A stretch of 63,069 nucleotides of DNA, the filler included, from Lenisia limosa (lineage: Eukaryota; Protista; Breviatea): assembly GCA_001655205.1 (NCBI GenBank). It is 18 parts of 18 records of this genome, joined end to end, with 100 filler letters (N's around TTAATTAATTAA, not from the genome) between each part and the next. Parts side by side here need not be neighbours in the genome. Positions count along the whole stretch, not along the records: positions 24,638 to 27,162 come from LPNZ01003263.1; positions 27,263 to 32,118 come from LPNZ01011176.1; positions 32,219 to 40,546 come from LPNZ01009248.1; 15 more parts are not named here. The stretch is one strand, 5' to 3'. The notes beneath the pieces are model-generated. The model did no database searches and was not told the DNA's origin. It saw nothing but the letters and a program-made list of their open reading frames with translations. This document shows positions 24,821-35,300 of the stretch, one piece after another. The position numbers and the translations under genes were made by a program. Every line of letters begins with the position of its first letter. Within the stretch, counting starts at the first letter, position 1.

Positions 24821-27162
24821 GATGTAAGGGGTCTATGCACTTCCCATTACCAAATGAGGATGCCATTTCACATAACTCCGATGGTGTAAAAAGACGGTGG
24901 TGAAAGTATCGATACTTATCGAGGATACTGAGTATCATGTTCACCCTGTCTTTGTTGGTCATTTTCACTTTGTTTTGCTGTTTTCAACCCTTCTGTGTTT
25001 CTCAAATGTTTGGTCAACAAAGTTGATTCCTGTGCTTGTTCTGTTTCATCAATTCTCCATCTTCACCCCCGTTGCCGCTGACCATTCAGAGTGCCAACAT
25101 TGCGCTGACGTCGATAAACGCAATATCCGAGGAAATTCCGGACTTTGAGAGGAGAGTCAAAACTTCGGCGGCGGTTTGTGGGGATGGCGATCCTTAGATC
25201 ATCAAGACCACCAGAATCCTTAGATCATCAAGTCTTGATGGTCTAAGGATTCTGGTGGTCTTGATAATCTAAGGATTCTGGTGGTCTTGATGATGTAAGG
25301 ATTATGTTGACAGATTATGCTGGTCTAGGGCTGAAGATATGGGACCCATGACCATGGTGATGTGATGACCATCAAATGGCGTTGGGTGTGCTGAGCCAAG
25401 AAATTAGATATTGTTTCAGTTTTTACACCCCCCCCCCCCCNNNNNNNNNNNNNNNNNNNNNNNNNNNNNNNNNNNNNNNNNNNNNNNNNNNNNNNNNNNN
25501 CTACGAAGATCAAACTTGGCTCCTGGCGGGGTCTTGATGGCAAGCTTCCTGCCAACGGGTCCTCCCTGCATGCCAGTATCGAGGCACAACCCCTTGTAAG
25601 CGTCCTTCATATTTCCCATCTACGGACAGGGGAAAGAGGGTGGCAGTGTGTACGATTTAGATGGGTGTTTTTGTTCCATAGCATTCCCCATCATACCCAC
25701 CATCCTCCAGCCCGGTGATTCGGATGAAAAAAGGCGTCGGTCAGGTACGGACCCCTCGATCACTAGATCGTCATGGGACGGCTCGGTTGTGAATAGCGCC
25801 AAAGTTGCGACAGCGCGATTGCCTGGCTCGTTCTTCTGCTACACGTCCAATGTGGACAGTTTATTTCCCAGAATGTTTCGCGACTGTGACGTGTAGTATG
25901 GGGGGAGGGAGTAAAACTTAGGAATTTTCGATGAAGAGTATTGGCGTAGAGGGTGATTATGACGTTAGCATGGGGGATAAAGTACTCACGCGGGAGGTTT
26001 GTGATCCAGTAACAACTAACCTACGTAGCGAGATCCATGGAAACACAGAACAGTGGCAGTGTGGGGTGGGGTGTTCGAGATCCCATTGGCAGGCCCCGCG
26101 AAGTTTCAGATTCGACCTTGACAGGGCGTCTATGGTGGGCAAAACTTATTTTATCTATATTTTTCATTTGGAACCCCACTTTTTCTTTCATTGTTAGTAT
26201 TTCTTTCACCATTGATGATAAAACAAGTGGGGAAGTACCCCCCCCCCCCCNNNNNNNNNNNNNNNNNNNNNNNNNNNNNNNNNNNNNNNNNNNNNNNNNN
26301 NNNNNNNNNNNNNNNNNNNNNNNNNNNNNNNNNNNNNNNNNNNNNNNNNNNNNNNNNNNNNNNNNNNNNNNNNNNNNNNNNNNNNNNNNNNNNNNNNNNN
26401 NNNNNNNNNGACTTAATGCCTCTCCCCAGAGAGTTTTTGAGGATGGCAAGAACCACACCCCTATCAGCCCGCCAATGGTGGTCAAAAAAGACATGGCCAA
26501 CTTCCTCGACCAGATCAAACAGACTAACTTGTGGGGATTTCCATGGCATATTACAGAATTTACAGTATAAATGTGTTTAACCCCCCAGGGGTATCCACCA
26601 CGACAAGCGCTACCCCACAAAGCCCTGTGCAATTGCGCCGCCACACCCCAGTTCCATCACCAAGTCCACACACCCCGGATTCTACACCAACCATCCCAAG
26701 TCGTCCCGGGTTGAGTTTTCACTCAAATATTCATTATATTGATGACGGATTTATCTCATAACATTCGACACGACACGACACCCCAGATTCTTTATTTACC
26801 TCCATAGATGCATATTCTGTGGAGGCCCAGCTCGGCCAAGAGTTCTGATGTTTCATGACGACGCCTGGGTTCCCAATTTGGAAAGAGAACACGTAAGTTG
26901 CCTGAAATGGAAATAAAAACCTTTTTGTTGTTTGAAACCAAACTACTTATTCATTTTGTGTTTTGAAAATGAGTCACATTAACACAATCCCACACCATGA
27001 CTCCCATTGACACGTCGTCACACTGTAACCGCTTAAGGCGTACGAAGTCTGGCTTTCTTCGGTTAAGAACAAGCTGTCGGAGAACAGTGACGAGAAGATG
27101 GTGATCATCGAGATCGGCGCCGGCACCAGGGTACCGTCGGTTAGGATCGAGTCTGAATCAGT
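24821..27162 (+). CDS. Divergent Sir2/sirtuin-family protein of a bacterial-like subfamily; 3' partial
   Basis: Exons give SFFCYTSNVDSLF, EIHGNTEQWQCGVGCSRSHWQAPRSFRFDLD, CIFCGGPARPRVLMFHDDAWVPN and AYEVWLSSVKNKLSENSDEKMVIIEIGAGTRVPSVRIESE. These carry the TSNVD, HG, four-Cys zinc site, RP.ILMF and IEIGAG..VP.VR motifs. Confidence 0.88.
25189..25303. repeat. Foldback palindrome built from a 26-bp unit
   Basis: AATCCTTAGATCATCAAGACCACCAG occurs about 1.7 times forward, immediately followed by about 2.7 inverted copies. The centre is near 25231. Confidence 0.9.
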
Positions 27163-27262
27163 NNNNNNNNNNNNNNNNNNNNNNNNNNNNNNNNNNNNNN
27201 NNNNNNTTAATTAATTAANNNNNNNNNNNNNNNNNNNNNNNNNNNNNNNNNNNNNNNNNNNN

Positions 27263-28834
27263 CCCCAACTGAGTAGAACGAACGAAAAAGGCGGATTCGA
27301 ATTTGATGTCGCCTGTGGCAGGAAGCTAGAAAGATTAAACTAAGGATATGGGAATTTTCAATATTTTTAGAAAGGAATCTCTTTTTGATGATGTGTTCTA
27401 CAATAAATACACCAACTAGAGCTTCACCATCGGTTCCAAAAAAGACTGAATCCTCGATAAATCCTCGATAAATCCTCGATAAATATCGATATTTTATCAG
27501 TCTTTTGGAACCGAAAGTGAAGCTCTAACACCAACCGTGCATGTGACACACGTATCCCGGGCCTTGGTATAGGGGGTGCAGTATTGAATTTTGTCCGAAT
27601 CAAACGTCAAGGAGTATGCAGGAAGACTCTGGGCAGCAACTACACCATTAATGTCATTCATTATTGTTGAGATCTGTTTGGTCAAAAGGAAAGAATTCTC
27701 GAAAAATCCTCGTTAAATATCGACATTTTCGAAAGTGAAGAATAAGGCTTCAATTCGGTTTGGGAAAATATCGATAGTTTTCGAGGTTTTATCGAGATTT
27801 CAGTCTTTTTCCGAACCGAAGTGAAGACCTAGTGAAGAAACTCTAAAAATAACCACCCACTTGTAACGAATCCGGTAAAAACGTGGGTGTCGGCGGAAAT
27901 CGTGTTGGCGAATGTGTAACGCTTGATTACTGTTGCAAAGCTGCATCGTGAACACTAATCAAAAAAAAGGCAGCAGGGGAGCAAAATTGGGAAATTTTAT
28001 GATACAAAAAAGCCCAAATCAATGTCTTGTTATATCACATAGTATAAACTAATCAAATGGGGGTGGGGGGTAAACAAGGAAAAAAATTTACAAGGAAAAA
28101 AAACCTCAGGAAACACAAGGGTTGAAAATAACAAAAAAAAAAGCTCAGACCAGTCGCTTCTTCAGCACCGCATCCAAAAAAGAGGTGGGCCCATTTCAAT
28201 TGTATAAACACCTCCAGTATCGGGACAAGCAGAGGTTTATAGAGAAAAGAAAGAAACTAGGGGTGAACGCGACTCAAAATGTATGGAGAAAAGACGACGA
28301 AAAACTCAAAAAATAAAAAAATAAAAAAATTAACCTCTTTGATATAGAGAAACGAGTGAGTGAGGAGGGGAACACCAGTTTTATTGTCTTGCAACCCCAA
28401 AAAACCCTCTCATAAAACCCTCCTACAAGAATCCAAAATCGCTGGAGTACGGGAAACAGTCTCCACAAGTTGCTATGCGGGTGTCAGAAACGTTGAAGTC
28501 ATATAATTACGGCTCCACTTCGGTTCGTTGGATTATTATATCTGGCCGAAGCCGTCCACNNNNNNNNNNNNNNNNNNNNNNNNNNNNNNNNNNNNNNNNN
28601 NNNNNNNNNNNNNNNNNNNNATAAGAGCAACAAGTCCCAGCCCATCCTACATTGGCCTGTTCCAAAAGTGAAGTGGTCTTGCCCGGTAGTATGGGCAAGG
28701 GTAACACCACAGCCCTTAGTACGGGCAACTCCGTCCACAGGGCTGTGCATATGGGCAATCCAAGGATACGTTTCAGCCGAAGCAAGCACAACAAGAGCAG
28801 AGCCGACGAATAGAGCCCATATTAGCTTGGCCAT
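27263..28834 (-). CDS. Secreted or surface Cys-containing protein of unknown family; 3' partial
   Basis: The signal-peptide-like start is MAKLIWALFVGSALVVLASAETYPWIAHMHSPVDGVARTKGCGVTLAHTTGQDHFTFGTGQ. Later exons give YDFNVSDTRIATCGDCFPYSSDFGF, CSRCSFATVIKRYTFANTISADTHVFTGFVT, ISTIMNDINGVVAAQSLPAYSLTFDSDKIQYCTPYTKARDTCVTCT and LPATGDIKFESAFFVRSTQ. Confidence 0.65.
27419..27525. mobile_element. MITE family A with an internal 12-bp unit expansion
   Basis: TA|GAGCTTCACC...(AATCCTCGATA)x3...GAAAGTGAAGCTC|TA. Confidence 0.85.
27745..27829. mobile_element. MITE family A
   Basis: TA|AGGCTTCAATTCGG...CCGAACCGAAGTGAAGACC|TA. A partial copy lies just upstream at about 27690-27740. Confidence 0.8.
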
Positions 28835-29203
28835 TACATAGAACTGCATTGATTGCGGTAAGAGGTGAGCTCAGCTACTCACCCGTCTATCACTTATCTA
28901 ATACGTATCTACACCATCTTGGCTTATCCGGAGTGATGAGGAAAGGTGGGGAGAGCAGAATTCGATGATTTACTGAGACTTTCTCTGCTATTCTGAAATA
29001 TCTCTAGTACTCAACTGATGAAGTATGTATTAGATTGAGCTGTATTGAGGCGCTCCAAACAATTCAATTGCCATTCAACCATTCATCCATTTTATATAAA
29101 CAAAACCTGGGGATGTACCAACCCATGTCAAGTGTTCAATCTTGGAAAATGAAAACCGAGTGCCTGTTACATGGAATAAAACAAGTCGTTCTTCATGTTA
29201 TAA
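28835..29203. promoter_or_regulatory. Putative bidirectional promoter between divergent genes
   Basis: 369 bp separate the ATG at 28834 (minus) and the ATG at 29204 (plus) within one contig. No specific motif was established. Confidence 0.4.
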
Positions 29204-32118
29204 ATGGTTAATCACGAATGGGTCATTGGGGCTTGCCTCACGACTTTTGGGTTTGTGGATGGTTCTTGGAAATACAGTAGATTCAACTTGGGAAAGCTTG
29301 TACCATGTCCTCTTGACGTTCATTTCTATGTAATTTGCTATACTGATGACGACTTACACATTCCAAAGCCACTCCTTCCGTTTCACCCGACTTCAGCTCT
29401 GTGGTGATCAACCTTGGAACCAACCTCCTGAAACTCTCACATACCCGATCCAAGAACCTTGACACACAGGCTGCTGCAAAGACTGTTTGGACGCTTGGTA
29501 AGCGGCGGCCGAACTCATAAGTGATGTGGGCTGTGAACATATTCAATTTCCCTCTTCGAAGCCGAACATATCTATCTGAAATGCATTCCAGAGCCTCTTT
29601 TGAAATCGACTCGGTTCACTCTTTTTCCATGATATGGAGGGGAAAATATCGCTATAATAATAATTACGAAAGGGTGGTTCACTTCAGGTGTTTTCATACA
29701 GCCACTTTTGGACTTCTTTATCCGTTGCATTTATCCCAGATAATTCCCGATTGAACCCTTACTGCTCTGTGCTTTGTTTTGTTGTTTGAAATGCTCCTGT
29801 TTTGTTAGCCAACAGAGTTGTTTTGGGGCTTTTTTATTCATAAATTTTCTAATTTTACCCNNNNNNNNNNNNNNNNNNNNNNNNNNNNNNNNNNNNNNNN
29901 NNNNNNNNNNNNNNNNNNNNNNNNNNNNNNNNNNNNNNNNNNNNNNNNNNNNNNNNNNNNNNNNNNNNNNNNNNNNNNNNNNNNNNNNNNTGACGTTAGT
30001 TAGTTGGCAGATTCTTAGGTAATAAGCGATGAGCAATTATTAGAAATTGGGTTTCATTTCGATCCGAAAAAGGAGTGAATCTATCAATGGGTGTTATTGG
30101 TTTTTATTACTTGTATCTACTTTCCATTATTCTTTATAGCGGGAGAGGGCTTCAAGTTAATTTTGAATGAGAAGCGGAACATAATATAAAAAACGCCATT
30201 TTTGAATCTTCTGGTCAAATTGTTCCAGCACACTAATTATAAAGTCATGCTTAAAGCAAGTTTTAAAACCAGATTCATTACGTCATCAACCGAGCCCCAA
30301 ATCCATGAATTTTGGTCAAAAATTGTCAAAATCTGTACCCCAAATCCATGGGGAAATCCTGACACTCCGAGTTTTCATTCTGCTTGAAGCAGGTTCATAA
30401 CTGTTATTTCCTTATGTCAATTACTTTAATTACACTAAATCTCAATCACGCAAGCTACGCTCAGTTACGGTTCTTTTGATCCTTCGAACGAGCCAGTTTT
30501 TGGAACTATAGCCTGCTTTAAGACTAACCACTCAGGCCCTGGGTTCAGTTCAGTTTGTCTCCAATGTCATTTTCGCATCCACCCTTCTTGGCGAGGAAAT
30601 CCGGCCGGAAGTCTACGGCTCAACTCTTCTTATTCTTCTTGGTGGGTGGGAGGGTCAACTAGGGCTTCATTTCGGTTCTGAATTTCTCGATAGATCCTCG
30701 AAAACTATCGATTTTCCTGGGATTTTTTTCTATTTGAAGTGAAGCTCTAGCTGTGCGTGGTCAGGGAGGCCACAGGGCTGGAAATTTTGGTGACACTTTT
30801 TCGGAGATTTTCGGAGATTCAGATTGTTTTGTAGATCTGTCAGAGATCTGAGGAATCTTTACAATATCCATCTTATCATATGCGTCCCCTTGTATGTCGA
30901 GTGGGAAAATGGGGATACGTATTCAGGATTTTCCAACTAAGAAAGGTTCCTCTCTAACTGTTTAGGTAACTCTATTTTGGTACTCTATGGCTCGCATGAA
31001 TCAAGATGTGGGGTGGCGTGAATCAAGAAATATGGACAAAGCTTAATACTACTTTTTTTCTCTTTAAGCTTGATGGTGGGTATGGCATCGACCAGAATCC
31101 CCCCCTGTATTATATTTTCATAATATACAACTATATCATTTCATATAATCTGTCAACACTAACCCCGTGCAGCATATACTGTGGATGAACTTATGATGCT
31201 CTACCAACAACCTTCCTTCCTTCTTTATATGTGCGTTTTGGCAGTACTCATCGTCGCCATGTACCTTTCCTACAACATGTTCGTTGGGGGGAGCTGACCT
31301 GTGGTCTTCGGTTCGAAAAAGACTGAATTTCTCGATAAATCCTCGAAAATGTGGTCTTCGGTTCGAAAAAGACTGGATTTCTCGATAAATTCTCGAAAAC
31401 TGTCGATATTTTGCCGTTATTTTTCGAACCGAAATGAAGCCCCACCCTTCACCCCTATTCTTACTTCGGTTCGAAAAAGACTGGTTCAATGTCGATAGTT
31501 TTCGAGAATTTATCGAGAAATTCAGTCTTTTTACGAACTGAAACCCGAGTCTTAGCATGGTACCACCAGAATTAAGGATTGGGAGGCGCGGGGAGGGGGG
31601 TCTGATATATTGTCTAATATTCTCGTCATTGCTATGTACCTTTTCTTCAACATTTGAGTGGAGACCATCATTAATCTCGATTTTTACGCACAAATACCAT
31701 CCCATCCCCATTATCACCATAAAAATGTCAATTTTCTCCATAGAAGTGTCCGTTATTACCATAAAATGTCCATTCCACCCATAAATTGACCATTTCTATC
31801 ATAAAATTGTCTATTCCACCCATAAATTGTCCATTTCTATCATAAAATTGTCTATTCCACCATTCCACCCATAACTTGTCCATTCCACCCATAACTTGTC
31901 CATTCTACCCATAAATTGTCCATTTTACCCAAAAATTGTCCATTTCAATCATAAAATTGTCTTTTTCACCATAAATGTCTATTTTCACGCCATCAGGCTA
32001 TGCCAGCGAGTGTTGAACTGCGGCGCTCACGCCCTTTCGCCGCTTATGCAGAAGTACATTCCCTTCAGTTACGCTGCCGTTTCAGGCATGATTGGCACCC
32101 AAAGCGTGCTACTGGCCA
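29204..32118 (+). CDS. NIPA/DUF803-family (magnesium transporter-like, DMT superfamily) membrane protein; 3' partial
   Basis: Exons give MVNHEWVIGACLTTFG|SVVINLGTNLLKLSHTRSKNLDTQAAAKTVWTLG, ALGSVQFVSNVIFASTLLGEEIRPEVYGSTLLILLG, NSILVLYGSHESR, YTVDELMMLYQQPSFLLYMCVLAVLIVAMYLSYNMF and KYIPFSYAAVSGMIGTQSVLLA. Confidence 0.88.
30662..30747. mobile_element. MITE family A in a NIPA intron
   Basis: TA|GGGCTTCATTTCGGTTC...GAAGTGAAGCTC|TA. Confidence 0.8.
31301..31550. mobile_element. Cluster of family A MITE copies (duplicated start plus a second copy)
   Basis: GTGGTCTTCGGTTCGAAAAAGACTG occurs twice (about 31301 and 31351) and ends GAACCGAAATGAAGCCC. A further copy spans about 31462-31550. Confidence 0.8.
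31715..31990. repeat. Intronic minisatellite, about 20-bp unit, ending at the acceptor
   Basis: Variants of CCATTCCACCCATAAATTGT, more than 10 copies, finishing TTTTCACGCCATCAG|exon. Confidence 0.9.
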
Positions 32119-32306
32119 NNNNNNNNNNNNNNNNNNNNNNNNNNNNNNNNNNNNNNNNNNNNTTAATTAATTAANNNNNNNNNNNNNNNNNNNNNNNNNN
32201 NNNNNNNNNNNNNNNNNNGCAGAAGCGACTGGCCTGGGTTGTTTCATAAATTTTCCAGTGTTACTCCAATCCCCCATCCCAATAATACCGCCATCTGACG
32301 CTGCAG

Positions 32307-35300
32307 CTTACGATGCTCGTCAAGCCGCCAAGGCTAAGGAGCAGAAGAAGCTGGCTCAGACTGCTGAGGCCAGCAAGGCCGAGGAAGCTGTAAAGGAGGA
32401 AGAGAAGAACAGAGAGAAGAAGGATGAAGAGAAGAACGGAGAGAATAGTGAAATGACTGAGGAAAGTAAGGGGCTTCTCCTGGTCACTGTATATTGGATG
32501 AATTGTCCATAATACTGTATAGTCGGATATCTACTTGTGGTAAAAACTGTTTCTTGTTTTGCCCCCATATAAGGTGTGCCGTCTTTTAACGTTCTCAGCT
32601 CGTAAAGAGAATGTAACGTCCGACGCAGTTCCCTCCGAAACTTCTCCCGAAGTACGAGGGGCGATGTTGCGCTCATATTTGTATCCTTTTTGCACTATCT
32701 GAGGCTTAATTCCTCAAGTCTTCTTCTTTTTTAATTTATTGTAACCCTATTTTAATCCCAAAGAATATAGAAATTGTTACCGCCCATCGTGCCCTTTTAG
32801 CCGTTCAGATCATTTCCCACACTTTATTATACTGTTCCACATACACGGAACAGTCTACGTTCCAGCCTCANNNNNNNNNNNNNNNNNNNNNNNNNNNNNN
32901 NNNNNNNNNNNNNNNNNNNNNNNNNNNNNNNNNNNNNNNNNNNNNNNNNNNNNNNNNNNNNNNNNNNNNNNNNNNNNNNNNNNNNNNNNNNNNNNNNNNN
33001 NNNNNNNNNNNNNNNNNNNNNNNNNNNNNNNNNNNTCAAGATGTTTGACATGTTTGTTTGGGCTGTTAGTATCACTTCGGTTCGAAAAATACCGGGGAAA
33101 TATTGTGAAGCCCTAGCTGTTATATTAGTATCATAGACTCGCATTATCACTGTCGCAATACAGGTACATGTTGATTGCAAGGTTTACCATTTGTTTTTGT
33201 TTTTTAGTCATTTGTTGATTTGTAGTTTTATTATAATCTCTTAAAATACTTCCAAGACATAAAAGATATCGATACTGAGTCATCTTTGAAAAACGTTTCT
33301 CTTTAGAGCAGAGAATCTATTTTGGGATCATTTGTATTATTCTGTGTTTAGCCGTTTTATGACTTTTCAGGGGTCGACAGCTTCTGTCTCTTCTCCACGA
33401 AAGCCAAGGCGCACAAGAGGTATAATTGGTAACTGACTCCTGTCATAAGAGGAAATTTCGCATATTAGGCAACCAGCCACATATTATGCAACCAGGCACA
33501 AACTTACCATATTAGGCTATCAGTCAAGAACTTGCCGTATTAGGCAACTCCCGGTTCAGCTCGGTGATGAAGACTGTCACTGCTCTTTCCCAAGTCACAT
33601 CTGTTGGTGGTCATTATTTATCACCAAATTGTACTGGATATGTTATGATTACTATATTATTCACACAGTATCGCTATAAACAATAAAGCTGAATCACCAA
33701 TATGCTGATTCTCCTCCACTCCCCCTAATTGCTCTAACTCCACTCCCCCTAATTGCTCTAACTCCTTTGTGTTATCAGTTTGTGTGAATGTCGTTGTTGA
33801 TGAAGGGTCTCATGGTCAGAAATAAGAACACGAGCAAACGACAAGTTTGTAGATGTTATTTTTGAATTCCCCTCTTCTAAAGAGAACATCAAGAACAGAG
33901 TCTCCCTAACATAAGATGTCAAAAGAGCTGATTTGGCCTTTCGTGTTTCATTAATTTTCCAATTTTACTCTTGCGCACCGCAGAGAACATGCTTATAACA
34001 GTCAGACATACCCCATAAACAGTCTCTTACTCCAGCAGGCCATGCCCCTCACTGAGGTGATGAAGAGGTTACGCGCAGTGTCACATTCCACCAACAAACT
34101 CAACGCCGTCAACTCCCTCGGTGGGGGGCTACCCAGGCCAAACTGTACAGTTTGATTGACGCATATTTCAAGCGCTTCATCCCATCCACCGACCGTTTTC
34201 ACTTTTTAATTAACTCGGAATATTGATAACGTTGCATTGACCCTCAGGCACGGCCATTAACCCGGGAAGTGACATGCTCAGTGCCTCGCTCAAGTCCCAA
34301 CTTCGCTCTCTTGGTATGTGTTTTCCCTTTACGTGTATCAGGATATGTACATTGCATTATAACCGGGACCTCTTATTTCACCACCCCTGGGAAGCAAGGA
34401 AATACACTACATAAAAAATCTTGTGATACAAAATAACACAATGTACAAAATAATACACAATAATACAGAATAATAATACTTCAAGCGAAATTACACCATC
34501 CACCAGGCTTTTGTTTTCAACCCTTGTGTGGTTCCCAAAAGCGTAGACAACAGAGTTGATGCTGTTGTTTCCTAAATTATCCATATATTTCCCCCCTACA
34601 GTTCAACCGCTGGATTATGATCTTTTAATAGAGACTCTACTGCAACCAAAAAAAACACTGACTGCCCAGACACACCCCTGTCATCTGCCTTGTCAGTGCT
34701 AGAAGCGGAGGACAGCCCAGTGGACCTGATGGCTTGCATAGACCAACTCAAGGACGTTGTGGTCCTCTTCGTTTCTATCGCTTCGGGTGAGGAGGGGGGG
34801 TCGATATCTTGTCTCTTGGATGGATATTATATTGATATATCGATATGTATATTATATTTTGTATTACTTTCGGGGATATATTAGGATATTTTGATTCAGA
34901 ATATTTTTGAAATTTTAGGCTGGATATATACTGTTACGAGATATTTACGTTTCACACTTATTTTCAATTAATGGCTTCAAAACAATGAGTTTCAAAGACT
35001 CACTCTTTGCAGAGCCCGAGCCTGAACCAGAAACCCCGTTAGAAGCCCTTCCTGAAACCGCTACAGCCGGACAGCCGTCCACCCCTTCAATTACACAGGG
35101 TATTTGAGGACGCCCACATTCATATTCAATGAAACCCTTTCTTCCCCTCGCGTCATCCCTCAGGGCAACGAGCTGCTTCTTTCACCTCCCTGGACGCTCC
35201 CCTCAGATCCGCATCAAGTCTATCGAATGTTGAAATGGANNNNNNNNNNNNNNNNNNNNNNNNNNNNNNNNNNNNNNNNNNNNNNNNNNNNNNNNNNNNN

